A DNA stretch of 64,000 nt from Leucoraja erinacea (GCF_028641065.1 NC_073378.1:75888001-75952000); one strand, 5' to 3'; counted from the stretch's first letter, positions 1-13,655 are shown. Numbers and translations: made by a program. The notes: generated by a model from the letters alone, not told the origin.

Positions 1-510
1 ATGAAAAATAGCATCGGGAACATGGCGACACTTATGTCCTGCCTCAGCATAATCTCCTATTCTTACACTCTTGGACTTAAGTATAATTGTGCCTACTGTA
101 AAAATATTGTTACAACTATATGTAAAAGGAAATGTCACCGTACCAAAGTCCATGTGACATTAAAGTACCATTAGTTGTCATTCATCACGATCAAGATAGT
201 CCAATTTTTACAAAAGAGTTATTCTAATACCAAGACAAAAAACATGATTAGGTAGCTGCATCATTTTTTTTAATCACCCTTGTCCTTGCTTTGAACTGCC
301 ACAGTGATGGGGCCAAAATAATGACTTAGCAAGGACAACTTGCATGAAAACTGTGCCTTTAACATTGAAAAATGCCCCCAAATTAGTTTAGACTAAAATT
401 TGTATTTTATCAGATTTTTTCCCTATTTTCTTCAGTAAAAAAAAAGTCATAGCACCATTCTCGTGATTTTAATTATTAGAACACCTGGCAATGTTGTACC
501 TTGATTCACC

Positions 511-603
511 AGTCTGAAGAAGGATCTTGACCCGAAACGTCACCCATTCCTTCTTTCTAGAGATGCTGCCTGTCCTGCTGAGTTACCCCAGTTTTTTGTG
601 TCC
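511..603 (+). mobile_element. Solo Penelope-like terminus with minimal hammerhead motif (GUC variant)
   Basis: agtCTGAAGAaggatcttgacccGAAACGTCacc, followed by the same gatgctgcc...gctgagttac tail seen on the longer Penelope copies. Confidence 0.75.
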
Positions 604-1069
604 ATCACATCTGGAATGTCTGATTAAGGCACTCCGACAGCGATGTCGAGTACAGAGCTCAGGGATCGAGACTGTGATGTTGAAAATAAGTTTGTTTTCA
701 GGTCAGCATTATATTAGGCTTGGTGGGGAACACAAAGGTGCTGGAGTTCACTTGCATTTTATCCCAACTCTTTGGTGGTGAGATTGCAAGTTTGCGAGGT
801 TCCATTAGACCTTACACAGTAGGTAACCATAGTATATTCTGTATATGGTACATATAGCAGTCACAGAGTACCAGTGTTAGAGGGAATAATGTATAAGATA
901 GAGGGTGGTATTAAGCATTTTGATCCGTCCTGTATTGTGTCAAACTTCTTGAGTCTTTGTGGAACGTGCAATCACACGGGAAAGTGGAAAGTACTTTGTT
1001 ACGCTCCTAACCTCTGCCTTGCTGACTGTGGAAAGGCATTGTAGTGTTGGAAGGTGGGTCATTCACTTC

Positions 1070-1278
1070 ACCGACCTGCTACTGGACTCCTCCCCCTTCT
1101 GTAGTGGGGTAGACTGATTCCCCTTTCCTCCCCCCCTCCCCATATCTATGCACATCCCCAATCCGTTCCACTCGTCACTTTAATTTCATGTTTCATGTGT
1201 CTTGTGTTTTATGACTGTTGGCAGATCAATTTCCCTACTGGGATAAATGAAGTTCTATTGTATCGTATAGTATTGTAC
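1070..1278 (+). mobile_element. 3' end of a SINE or non-autonomous LINE with (TCGTA)n-like tail, inside an older LINE remnant
   Basis: Ends caatttccctactgggataaatgaagttctattgtatcgtatagtattgta; a similar terminus recurs at about 43849-43893. Confidence 0.5.
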
Positions 1279-1366
1279 TGTTGCTGGTTATTAATTCCTG
1301 GATATATTACAATTTTGAAGTTTAATTTTAGTCATGTCAGCCTTTGGTCTGTTAAACTGTTTGGTC

Positions 1367-1874
1367 GTCAACAAAATAGAGAGAGTACAGAGGAGATTTA
1401 CTAGAATGTTGCCTGGGTTTCAACAACTAAGTTACAGAGATAGGTTGAATAAGTTAGGTATTTATTCTCTGGAGCGCAGAAGGTTAAGGGGGGACTTGAT
1501 AGAGGTCTTTAAAATGATGAGAGGGATAGAGTTGATGTGGACAAGCTTTTCCCTTTGAGAATAGGGAAGATTCAAACAAGAGGACATGACTTCAGAATTA
1601 AGGGACAGAAGTTTAGGGGTAATATGAGGAGGAACTTCTTTACTCAGAGAGTGGTAGCGGTGTGGAATGAGCTTCCAGTGGAAGTAGTGGAGGCAGGTTC
1701 ATTGGTATCATTTAAAAATAAATTGGATAGGCATATGGATGAGAAGGGAATGGAGGGTTATGGTATGAGTGCAGGCAGGTGGGACTAAGGAAAAAAAAAG
1801 TTGTTCGGCACGGACTTGTAGGGCCGAGATGGCCTGTTTCCGTGCTGTAATTGTTATATGGTTATATGGTTATA
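1367..1874 (+). mobile_element. CR1-clade LINE 3' end (young subfamily), 5'-truncated
   Basis: IERVQRRFTRMLPG...LERRRLRGDLIEVFK...FFTQRVVAVWNELP; (ATATGGTT)n tail. Confidence 0.93.
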
Positions 1875-2368
1875 AATCTTATAAAGTTACATATAGAATT
1901 AGCTAATCTCAATTACACATGGATTAGAACACTACTTCAGTAATATTAGATTTGAATTTGCCTCACATGCAATGTATTTAATGTGAATTATTGATAGAAG
2001 TCATAGTCAAACTGTTCCTCAATTTTTAATTTACTTTATGATGAGGTGTATTTTCATAAGGACAGTCAAAGAAGATAGATGTGAGCCGCCACTTTAAATT
2101 AGAGATTTTGGAAACGATGTTTCCACAAAAAATTAAAAAAACAATTAATCCCCGAGAAGATTCAAATACGTATCAGTAATTCACCAGTCTAAAATGTATA
2201 CATTCTTTCTATTAACTGCCTGAAGTGCTGGTGGCTTATTTGTAAAAAATAAAAAAGAAATGTATGAACAAAAATACAATGGAGTTAGGAATAACATTAA
2301 ATTCTCTAAATGCAAACATAACACCTCATTCCATTACACCGTGACACCAATAAAATGTTGCCATTCAC

Positions 2369-2599
2369 CTGGTGTACATCTTGTTGAAATACACAGAGCT
2401 GGAGTCGCTGGTGAAGTCGAACCTTGCGATGCTGCCAGATATTTTCCAACTGTCGCTGATGGTGGAGGACCTCATGAATGATATCCAAGACATGATGAAC
2501 GGCCTTTGAATAATTGGCTGTTGCCATTAATGAGTCAGCACTTCCTGGAGTCAGGGGTCGCTGGAGTTTATCCAGCAGAACTTTTCCATCTTGACTCAC
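2369..2599 (-). CDS. trio: Trio exon 9-equivalent (231 nt)
   Basis: VSQDGKVLLDKLQRPLTPGSADS...RLHQRLQLCVFQQDVHQ; ttctgcag| and |gtgaat; phase 0/0. Confidence 0.97.
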
Positions 2600-3232
2600 C
2601 TGCAGAAGATTTAAAAAAAATGAATATAAGTAAAATGAAACTGTAAATCTAAATTCATCTTTTGTAAAAAGCAACTCAATTATAGGTCACAGCAAATTCA
2701 ATCATGCCTCAAGTTTTACAATTATTTGATTACCCTTAATGCTTCGGCTTTAAAGTAATAACAGAAGCATTTCCCCTCTTTGACTGATGACTTTGCTTTC
2801 AAGATATAATTTTCCCAATTTCTGAAGCAAAACAATGAGTGCTAATAGCATTTTTGACTGATGAGGGCATCCAGCAGAATCTATTATGATCTTGACCAAT
2901 GAACAAATGTACTCTTTCCAGCAGAAGCCACCTGGCAAGTCAGATATTAGTTTGAGTGGGAAGGTACTACTGGCAGCATCTCTGGATCGAAGGAATGGGT
3001 GATGTTTTGGGTCGAGACCCTTCTTCAGACTTTAGGTTGATTGTTCCCCCCACAGTTCAGGTGCACATCTATCAAAATACCCCAGCATGGGAAGGCACGG
3101 GAAATGCACCACAGACCCAAAATCTAATTTGTTGCCTTACATTATAAATGGGGCACTAGGTGCTGTACTGCATAACAGATCATCAGTGAAATTACCAAGA
3201 TGATTTTCAAGTGTTTTGACGTTGCTGATTAA

Positions 3233-3564
3233 TGGCCCTGTCCCATGGTACGAGTTCATTCCAAGAGCTCTCCCGAGTTTGCCCTGATTCGAACTTGGAG
3301 ATTTACGATAATGGCCGCTCGTCGGTACTCGGGGCTCTCGTGGACATTTTTCAACATGTTGAAAAATCTTCACGAGTCTTCCCGAGCTTACCTGCCATTA
3401 GCGAGTCTTCCCAAGTATCTGCCGTTAGCGTTACGAGCCACTAAGAGACGTCCCCAAGCTCCGACGTACCCGCTATGTTCATTCTCCATGCTTCCCACGA
3501 GTTTGATTTTTTTTTAAAACTCGGGAGAGCTCTTGGAATGAACTTGTACCGTGGGACAGGGCCA
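3233..3564. mobile_element. Non-autonomous PIF/Harbinger-like MITE
   Basis: About 50-bp TIRs (tggccctgtcccatggtacgagttcattccaagagctctcccgagttt and its reverse complement); TAA/TTA flanks; central palindrome tttttcaacatgttgaaaaa. Confidence 0.8.
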
Positions 3565-5099
3565 TTAGGGTTTTTTTTTAAAACAAGTTTAAAAGCAAAA
3601 CTATTCATGGCTGAGCAGCATACTTTCAATTAACAATACCAAAAAGGAGAACATGCCAAAGAAAAATTTAGTTGGGAGTGCTAAAATGTTTTCCTGCAGC
3701 ACTGGGTCATAAAATGGATCTTAAAGCAAAAGAGGCTGAGTCAGGGACATTGAAGGAGAGAATTTCACAGATTTCAAACTGGCTGATTAATGTATGATTA
3801 CTCATGGTGGGGCATAGAGAAGGTAGTGCATAACTGGTCAGTGAAAGAAATTAAGAATTTATGGAAATGTTCCGAAGGAAACCATCACAAGAAATAGGAT
3901 TTTAAATGCAAATCATAGTAGAAGGCAAGAGGGGTGTGAACCCACAATCAAAAAGGATAGTGAGGATGTGGCTAAGGTGTCGACAGGAAATGGGAATGAG
4001 AAATTTGTCTGAACTGCAGCGTGCGTAAGATGGAAACTAGCCAAAATAGCAGTGGGGGAGCACTTCTCGAGGCATACGTGAAGGCTTCATTAGCAGGCAA
4101 ACTCTTGAGCAGGGAATGAAAAGGAAGTTGGCAAACAAAAAGCTGAAGTTGATAGTTTCAAGGAAATCTTGGATTAACCGAGGTTGGATGCTGACCAACC
4201 ACTCACGCAGTAGCTATGTTAAAGATATAGCATTAAGCAGGAAGTTGTGTAATAAAAACAGAAAAACAATGGGAATTTGCACAGCTGAGGAACCATCTGT
4301 GAAGGGAAAAAAATAAAATTAAAGAATATATTGAGTGTGAGCATTGTGGAAACAAATGTAATCAGTGCCTTGCAATTGAAACAGGAAAGGCAGTGAAGGG
4401 CTATGGGGAAAGAGCAGTAAATTTGGGATTGGCCGAATTGCTCTATTGAAAAAGGTGAACTTCGTGTGCCAGTATAAATCTAAGAATCTAAAATTTCTTC
4501 CAAGGGTCAATGATTTAACACTGATCTCTTTTAAGATACTGTCTGACCTGCTAAGTATTTCCGTTAATTATTTTCTAATATTTCATACTCTGCTTTGTAA
4601 AGAAAGCAGCAGCTGGAAACGCCAAATCATTTTGCCTTCCAGATTAAAGAGTTGAAAATGAAATATATTAGCCCAACATTGTTTATGACTGCTTTCTAAA
4701 ATTACTTGTGAGAAATTCAGCACATGCTTGCAGTTTGAACAAGCACAGGGATCCAGGCCCTATAAATGAATCAGCTAATAATTTTATTAAAAATAGATAA
4801 TTGTGCCTGAGCAATGCCATGAAATGGGAATGTCATCAATTCATAGAAAAGTTATGCAAGCTATTCTGATCGCATTCAAAAACCTTGTAAATTCACGCAC
4901 AACTTTCGTGTTTTTCACAAATTAAGCATGTTAAAGTTTGGTTAAAATTCAGCCATTAAATGCTAAATGTTTATATCATCCCATTGAAAAGTCATAAAGG
5001 GTATGAATTGACAAACATAAACTTAGAAAAAAAAGAACCAAGGAAGGTTGAACGAGCATTTCAGAAATAAGTTTTGAAATCCAACAAGTTTTATCGAGG

Positions 5100-6057
5100 G
5101 TACACAAAAAAGCTGGAGAAACTCAGCGGGTGCAGCAGCATCAATGGAGCGAAGGAAATTAGCAACGTTTCGGGCCGAACCCCTTCTTCAGACTGATCGG
5201 GGGCGGGGGGGGAGGGGCGGGGACAAGAAAGGAAAAACTAGGAGGAGCCCGAAGGCTGGGGATGGGAGGAGACAGCAGGGGGACTGAGGAAGGGGAGGAG
5301 ACAGCAAGGACTAACAAAATTGGGAGAATTCGATGTTCATGCCCCCAGGGTGCAGACTCCCCAAACGGAATATGAGATGCTGTTCCTCCTGTTTCCCGTG
5401 CTGCTCGCTGTGGCCATGGAGGAGACCCAGGACAGAGAGGTCGGAGACGGAGTGGGAGGGGGAGTTGAAGTGCTGAGCCACCGGGAGGTCAGCTTGGTTA
5501 TTGCGGACCGAGCGGAGGTGTTCGGCAAAACGATCGCCCAACCTCCGCTTGGTCTCACCGATATAGATCTGCTGACATCTAGAGCAGCGGATGCAATAGA
5601 TGAGGTTGGAGGAGATGCAGGTAAATCTCTGTCGCACCTGGAACGATTGCTTGGGTCCTTGAACGGAGTCGAGGGGGGAGGTAGAGGGATAAGTGTTGCA
5701 TCTCTTGCGGTTGCAAGGGAAAGTGCCCGGGGAGGGGGTGGTACGAGAGGGAAGGGAAGAATTGACATGGGAGTTATGGAGGGAGCGGTCTTTGCGGAAG
5801 GCAGATATGGGGGGAGATGGGAAGATGTGGCAAGTGGTGGGGTCACGTTGGAGGTGGCGAAACTGACGGAGGATTACTTTTTGTATGTGACGGCTGGTGG
5901 GGTGAAAGGTTAGGACTAGGAGGACTCTGCCTTGTTACGAGTGGGGGGATGGGGAGAGAGAGCAGTGTTGCGGGGTATGGAAGAGACCCTGGTGCGAGCC
6001 TCATCTATGGTGGAGGAGGGGAACCCCCGTTCCCTGAATAATGAGGACATTTCAGAT
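5100..6057 (-). mobile_element. Penelope-like retroelement, 5'-truncated, with GIY-YIG endonuclease segment and terminal hammerhead motif
   Basis: LIYCIRCSRCQQIYIGETKRRLGDRFAEH...HFNSPSH...EQHLIFRLGSLHPGGMN; 12-bp target duplication gttttatcgagg at 5088-5099 and 6058-6069. Confidence 0.92.
5160..5196 (-). ncRNA. Minimal type I hammerhead ribozyme motif (Penelope-associated)
   Basis: Minus strand reads cagt CUGAAGA a GGGG uucg GCCC GAAA CG UU gc: core CUGAnGA...GAAA...UH with palindromic ACGU in place of stem III. Confidence 0.6.
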
Positions 6058-6619
6058 GTTTTATCGAGGATCCCTTTTGTGCCAATAGTGTAAAACTCCC
6101 TTCATAATGCTGCACCCTCATTACTTGAGCCCAGGCAACCATGGAAAAACACAGATGAATGCTAATCCTGTACAGAATATCCAGAAATTTGGATGGAACT
6201 AAGTCCAAATTCATGTCTGGTTTTATGATAACCCAGCAAACAGAAGATTTGATGTATTTTCTTTATCTTTAAGAGTAACTGTATCAAAACAATCTATTTT
6301 ATAATTAAAAAACTTCCACAAATGTCTTTTCCTAAATATTTTTGCCTCTTTTTCAAAAATTATACTACTTTAATCTCTCAGGTTTGCATTTATAAAGATT
6401 ACATTAAAAATGTTTTAAAAATCGTGCTTCCTTGTTCCTATATCTTTATGCTGATTTTCCTTATACATTCTAATAGAAATAAAAAAGTACCCTTGCAAAT
6501 AAATTGTTAGGCAGATCATTTTATGCTTTTGTTTGTCAAGATGGTGAAAGGAACCTGCATTAAAGGTGGCCTAAATGTATTCCCATATGTTGTAATTTGT
6601 TCTGTATTACTTCACTTAC

Positions 6620-6751
6620 CTCAGAGTATGCCAATGTTATTTGTTCATATAAACCTTGGTGATGGTGAATTGAATCTTCTAGATCTTGCAGCTCTGAGGG
6701 AAGATCCACTTCTCCACAGGCCTTACACCAGGAATCCACGTTACTCATGTA
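6620..6751 (-). CDS. trio: Trio exon 8-equivalent (132 nt)
   Basis: YMSNVDSWCKACGEVDLPSELQDLEDSIHHHQGLYEQITLAYSE; attcctag| and |gtaagt; phase 0/0. Confidence 0.97.
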
Positions 6752-8429
6752 CTAGGAATAGAAATCCATGGTCACTGATAGGATACTTGATTTTATAGGA
6801 CCTTGATCTTAAAACCTTGTGTTTTATATATTCAAATGCCATTGAAACTTTATTGCAATAGTGCAGAAATAAACACAACAACCTTTTTTATAATAGTATT
6901 TGTAAATCACTCATTGCATTAATTGCATGTAATTAAGCATTATATAGATTTTTGTAAATGACATAATGTATGTTAAAAAAATAAACAACAAACATTGGAG
7001 CAACAGAATATATCAAATAATCTTGTGCTGCATATGAACACACCAGAATAAGTTCAGAACATCTCTCCACTATGTAGGTAGTTCATGAATTTAGGATCAA
7101 CATAAGGAATCTCATAAAATAACAATTTTATGATGACAGGATAGACAGGAAAAATAAACATGCCATTTGACGCAACTTGTTCATGTTCGCTCTAATCCTG
7201 TTATTCCTAATCTAATTCATCACTATTCCCCTATCCCTCATAGACTTGACCATATTCTTCTTTAATGCATGAAATAACGTACTTCAACCATTTCCTACGG
7301 TAGTAATTTTGCATCCTCACCTCTGTTCAGGCAAAGCCGTCACTTCCGAATTCTCAATTTAATTTCTACATTATACCAATGGCTTCAGGTTATGCTCTTC
7401 TCACATGGAAATATTCTCTTTAAATAACCTCCATCACTGAATGGCTACAGCTTGGAAGGAGACCATTGGGCATGTTTAGTTTATCCCACCTCTATGCAAG
7501 ATCATTCCAGCAAGACTCATTTTCTCCCATACTCTAAAAGCTATTTTTTCGATACATACCTGCTTCTTTTTCAATGCTACAATTGAAATTGTCTCCACTG
7601 TCTCCATTCCTTCTAAAGGCCATACATTCCAGACCCTAACAACTCATTTTGTAGAACGAGTTTTCCTCACGATACATTTGGCTAATGATCATTTTATATT
7701 CATTAAATTCCCTGAACAGATATAGTAGCTCCCCATCTACCCTAGTCTAGTTCCTTCGTGATTTTAAATACTCTGTGTTTTCAGGTCTTCTCACAACCTC
7801 CTTAGTTCCAAGGAAAACAACCATAGCTTCTCCAATTTCCCCACTTCCCCACTTCTATAGTCAATCATCTCAACATCATTTAGGTCCAACTCTTCGGCAG
7901 CCTCTCCAAAGCCTTCATCTATCCTTGAGTGCAATGCCATGGACAGCAATACCTCTTCACCTATCTACAACATCTCTTTTGTCATGTATTTATCTGTTCT
8001 ACTCTGCTATTACCATACTCAGGAAGTAATTGGGATATATCCATCTTAGAGGTCTTTACTAAACTTCTTACAATCTGCTCGCAGGATCTCACGATATTTC
8101 TACCAATATCATTGGTACTGAAATGGACCAGGATCTTGAGCTGATCATCCTCATCCTCCAGAATTTTGTGCTATCACTCTTTCATAATCTAGGCAAATCT
8201 TCATCCTGGAATCAGTTTTGCATTCACAAAAAGACTTACTACTCCCCTAATGAGGGAATCAAAATAACTATTGCATTCTTGGCATTTCTCTTTCAATGTA
8301 TAATTGGAGCAATCCACAGGGCTATGGTTCTGACTGCAGTTCCCAGGGTACTACTGTCCTTCTCATCACCGACTATCCCAATGCTGACTCCCAACGATCC
8401 AATTTGGCATCACACCCAAATTTAAAAAA

Positions 8430-8523
8430 AAAGAAGGGTTTCGGCCCGAAACGTTGCCTATTTCCTTCGCTCCATAGATGCTGCTGCACCCGCTGAGTTT
8501 CTCCAGCTTTTTTGTGTACCTTC
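8430..8523 (+). mobile_element. Solo Penelope terminus, truncated within the hammerhead core
   Basis: aagaagggtttcggcccgaaacgttgcctatttccttcgctccatagatgctgc...gtgtaccttc; near-identical to the copies at 16156 and 54268. Confidence 0.8.
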
Positions 8524-10197
8524 AGAAATTATACATTTGATTCTCAAGTCTAAAATATTAATTATAATTACAATAACAGTGCTCTCCAAGGAAATGATAA
8601 TTTCTCAATTCCTTCCATTGTCAAGAATCACTCTTTACTCTTAATATCAGCTCTCTGTCAGCAGTAAACTTAGAACAGAATTCTCATGTGCACTATGACA
8701 ACAGCAGAACAAAACCACTTTCAAACAGTTTGTCAAGACTAATGACAGAAATGCATTGTTATCTCTAAGGGTGAGCTTCCAAACAAAAATGCTGGAAATA
8801 TTTCACAAACTTTTTATGCAGGGGGATTGTATGTTTATCGACCCAACAAATTAAGATAAATCAAATAGCAACCCCACCCCTCCTCCCACCAACCATGTGA
8901 TGTTGTCAGATTTACAAAGCTTAATGCAGCTTTCTGTATTCGTAGGACAGTATCAATGTAACTTTTGCAGCAGCTGCCAAATTAGGCTCATTGTTTAACT
9001 GTTTAATTTAGATGTTGTCTTATAGTGATTCACTTAATTATTACTGCAAGTAGCACGACTTTTAGCAATTGTAAGAAATCAACAAACTGGACTATCGTCA
9101 AACAAAGCAAATTCTTATAATTAGCAGCAGCAGCAATGATGGGGTACGAACGTTCAATCCTTTTAAAGCAGAAATAAAACAAAAGGAAGAGGGCTGTTTC
9201 TTTACCAAGATCATGTCACTAATTTACAGATCCCCATGGTGCTGCTCAAAATATGTCGAGTCATTCAATTTTTCAAAAGAAAAGAACAATGTAGTATTTT
9301 ATTGTTATATTTAGCAATACTAAGTTCGCAAAGTAATTAGGTCACAAAATACATTACTGCAATCAGGTCTATTCTGCGAACAATCATCAGCTAATTATTT
9401 TTCATTCCCTGCAGATTACTGGGAGGCTGGTGGAATCTGTCAGTGGCAATGCCTTTCAAATAAGACATAAAACCAAGGACTTGCTTGGCCTCCAAAAGAT
9501 CCCCACATTCCATTTCACAGGAAATCAAGGGAGTTATCTCTGGCATCCTGGTCTATATTTATTTCTCTAACAATATCGCAAAAAGAAAGAAACAAAATCT
9601 TCTCATGGTCAAAAAAGAAACACTGGAAAATCAGAAAATACAGGAATCAGATCTTTTGATTCTATAACTTCTATATATCATATTTCAAACATTTCGGCAT
9701 TTTATGGAAAAAAAATCAGAATCTGTTGCGGTATCAATTTTTTAAAGGACCATTTTTGAGATATATTGGTTAATGGATGAGATCTTTGCAAGGAAGTAAT
9801 TCTCTATTGTAGCCACTGAAGTAGACTGCAAGAAGAAATTATTTGAGACAGTTTTAAGAATAGAACAATTTACATGGAGTTACATTTGACCTGAAAACTA
9901 TCAGGTATAGAAATAGGTCAAGAGAAGCTCAACATGCCAGGTGCACAATAATAGAGAACCAATATAAAAATGAAATATCCGAAGTACTGGCGACAGATTT
10001 TCCATATCAAAAGCAATCACATAAGCAATGACAATGAACATTTACTGAAATTCAAAAAAACCTACAGATTCTAGAAATGTATAACTCAAACCGCAGTAAA
10101 TACTCAGTAGGTTAGGCAGCGCAGGTGGGAGGAGAAACTGGCTTTCTCTTCCCAGTCCAGTCAGTACTGACCTGCTGAGTAATGAACAATTACTGAC

Positions 10198-10389
10198 CTG
10201 TTCAGCTTTCTGATGGAAAACAGCAGACATGTCAAGCAAGGTACTTCGCTCATCTAGCGCTGCTGCAAATGCCTTCCACTCCAGATCCAGCTGATTGGCA
10301 ATCTGCTTGATTTGCTGAGATGCATAATGGCTAGATTCCAATAAACGATTGGCCACCGACATGATGCGATTGATATTTACATATACATT
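10198..10389 (-). CDS. trio: Trio exon 7-equivalent (192 nt), spectrin repeat
   Basis: NVYVNINRIMSVANRLLESSHYASQQIKQIANQLDLEWKAFAAALDERSTLLDMSAVFHQKAEQ; ttccacag| and |gtcagt; phase 0/0. Confidence 0.97.
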
Positions 10390-10849
10390 CTGTGGAAAAA
10401 CAGATAGAAAAAACAACTGTTGGTCTTGACAAATAACATATTGGGTTTCTCAGGATTTGCCACAAGCCCAGTTTGGCAACAACATCCTTTACGACTCAGA
10501 GTGCATCATTGGTCACAATATATGATGCCACTTTTGATGATGAACACAGAAGAACGTCTCCTGTTAAGATTCTGTGCCCTTGTTCTATCCATCTCTCCCT
10601 CACCTTGTCGGCTGCTGAAAACTAACTTGTTTTCCTCTATTTCCAAGTTTTGACAGAAGGTCCTGCACATGTAGTATTAACTGTTTTTCCATCCAGATGC
10701 TGCCCAACCTTCTGAGTTCTTGCAGTGTTTTTTGTTCCAACTAAGTCGTGGGTTTAAGAGATGTAGCCAACAAAGTCTGGGTGGCTTAATAAAATATTTT
10801 TGGGGCACACACTGCTGCCATGGGTGTGACAGTAATGGAAATAGTAAAT

Positions 10850-11990
10850 ATTCATCAATTGGCTACTTTGTCCTGCATCTGTTGAGCAACTAGCTTCAGC
10901 CGAGTGAAAAGTATTCAATCTTACTCCCACTGTCTGCCTTGTAGATGACGACAGGATTTTGGGGAATAGTCACCTTTTACCTGCTTTAGTAACCACAGCA
11001 TCTATGAAGCAGCTCCAGTTAATATTAGAGTCAACGATGAACCCCCCCGCAAATCTTGATGGTTGGAGATTATTATATCACTGAATAAATAGATGCCGTA
11101 ACTCCTTTTGTGATGGTCCTTGGCTGCCATATATTTAGCAAATTGTGAATGACCACTTCCAGCACATGCCCAAATGTAGTCTATGTCATGCTGACTACAT
11201 GCATGGATTGTTCAGAAGTTACAAATGTAATTGAACCATGATTTAAAAAATCCCCAATTTCAACCTTAGGTATCCATGCAGAGAAGATGAAGCTTCTCAA
11301 GATAGTTCAACACTGGACAACCTGTTATAGCCTGGGGTTCAGTCTGAAGAAGGGTCTCGCCCAGAAAGGTCACCCATTCCTTCTCCCCAGAGATGCTGCC
11401 TGACCCGCTCAGTTACTCCAGCATTTTTTGTCTACCTTCGGGGTTGAGCCAATAATCTCTAACAATCAGAAAGTGATGGAAGGTGTCATTGGCATTGTTC
11501 GATATACGCTTCTGCTATGTACAACTCATAACAGTGGAGAGTTTCGCCCTTGTTTTCCATAAATTTAAATCTCATCAAGGTACTTTGATGGCATACTTGA
11601 TTAAAAGTTGCATTAAAGTTACGAGCTGTACCTCTCAGCTTATTTCCAGTGACTAAGTTATTTTGTCCATATAGAACAAAACTTGTAATCAAGTCCTCGT
11701 ATGAGGAGCAGGGTAGTACTGGCAAAGCTCAAACTGAGCGTCAGTGAGCAAGCAAATGCCACTTGCCGTACATAACAATGACAATGGCATAGTCCATCAC
11801 TTTGCTGATTATTGCTAGGCTTATAGGGTATTAATTAGATTGATCATATTTGTCCATCATTATTTTGAACTGGATTAGCGTGGGCTAATTTTCCACATTG
11901 TCCAGTAGATGCCAGTATAGTAGCTACACTGGAACTGCTGCTTGGTTAGATACACAGCTAAATCCGGAGCAAAAGTCTCCAACATCACAC
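10850..11990 (-). mobile_element. Old degenerate LINE (RT remnants) interrupted by a Penelope terminus at 11338-11440
   Basis: Degenerate similarity to the plus-strand remnants at 57600-58140 and 59500-59890; the insert reads cagtctgaagaagggtctcgcccagaaaggtcacc. Confidence 0.45.
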
Positions 11991-12769
11991 AAAAACCTAA
12001 AATAAGAACATTCTGGTATAGACTCAACAGATCAAGCTGAATTTCTGAAGTGAGAAATAGAGTTCATGCTTTGTGAATGACCTTTCAGAAGAACAAAAAG
12101 TTAGGAAAAAGGCAAATATGTTGCAGCGAAGGAGCATGGGAAAGCTCCAGAGAACAAAAGAGAAAATCTGTGAAATACTGGAGACAGAGAGAAAAGCGAC
12201 AACACAGATTTGGTGTCAGCCGATGGAGAGAAGAAGGCATGGTCATTTGATTGAATGTGGTGCATATAGAGGAAAAATAGAGGGAAGAAAAGAGAGAAAA
12301 ATAGCTGGAACTGTGAGGACAGAACATGACACTTGCTGAAGACTTGAAATAATAGTGAATGCTGGAAAACACTACAGCAAAGGCAGCATCTGCGGCAAGC
12401 AAAATATTGAGTTAAATTTACAGATTGATGAATTGTGATAGTTTTCACACAAAATAGAGAGGCTGGGTGATTGTTGAATTCAGTGTTAAGTTCAGAGGGC
12501 TTTACAGTGGCTGGACTAAGGTTGCGATGTTGTACCTCCAGCTTGTTTTCTGCTTTGTTATAACAGTGCACAAAGCCAAAGAAAGAAGGATTAGATTGGC
12601 AATGGAATGTAACATGACAGGCAATTGGAAGCTCAGGTCACCTGTACAAACTGAATGAAAGTTGATTGTGGCAGAAATTATGACGACCTTCTGGACGTAG
12701 AAAAAGAAAAGAGATCTAAGGAAAAGAGAAGACATCTAGAAGTAATGACGTGGACGGACTCATTATGTT

Positions 12770-13622
12770 GTGTGTGTTTTAATGTACGCGTTTAATGTCT
12801 CTCTGTGTGTCTTGTGTGGGGGGTGGTGTGGGGGGGTAAGGGGGAAACCGTTTAGGTCGCCTCCTCCACGGAGAGGCGACTTTTTCCATGTCGCCTCCCC
12901 CGTGGCCTAACATCGAGGATCGGTGCGGCCTTCCCCGGAGATGCGCCCAGGGCTTCAGCTGCGAGCGCAGCGTGGACTCTCGTCGCGGAGCGGGTGAGCC
13001 CTCGCCGGAGGGGAGCACTCCATTCGCTGGCCCGCAGCAGCCTGAAGCCGTAGTCAGCAGAGCTCCAGCTGGCGGCGTCCTAGGCCTGGGATCCCTCGTT
13101 GGGGACCCGGGAGGAGCAGAGTTCCGACTGCCGGCCCGCGGCCAACTTCTACCGTGGGCGCGGCGGGGACTTACCATCAGAAGTGGGGTCCCTCGCTGGG
13201 GTCCCCTGGAGAAGAGTTCCGACTGTCGGCCCTGCGGTCTGCGGTGCTTCCGGCTGCAGCGCGGTGGGGTCTTTAGATCTTCGACCGCCGGCCTGCGGCC
13301 TACACCAACCTGAAGCCAGGGTCTCCGGTGGGGGAAGCACCGATTCTGGACTTACCGGGACTTTACCTGTCTACTCATCTGGACGCCCGCAGCGGCGGCT
13401 GCGGAGGGTTGAGGTCCCGAGCACGGGGTAAAGTGGAGGAGGACTGGCCAAATTTCGTGCCTTCCACCAGTGATAAATGCTGTGGTGAATGTTTGTGTTA
13501 AATTTTTATTGTGTTTTGATGTGTTCTTTTTTCATTGTACCGCTGCTGGCAAATTCATTTCACATGCACTTTATGTGCAAGCGATGAATAAAACTGATAT
13601 TGATTGATATTGATATATTGAT
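12770..13622 (+). mobile_element. GC/CpG-rich non-autonomous retroelement with AATAAA and (ATTGAT)n tail
   Basis: Abrupt GC-rich block; internal direct repeat of about 50 bp (gg.tccctcg.tgggg.ccc.gg...agagttccgactg.cggccc); ends aataaaactgatattgattgatattgatatattgat. Similar architecture at 17820-18100 and 53140-53350. Confidence 0.6.
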
Positions 13623-13655
13623 GCAAAACAAAAAAACTGTGGAGAATGGAATTGA

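Noticed and set aside
12779-13431. Overlapping 110-141 aa ORFs and apparent CpG island (similarly 32600-33250, 43023-43978, 47300-47820)
   Set aside because: All lie inside GC-rich mobile elements; low-complexity translations with no recognisable domain.
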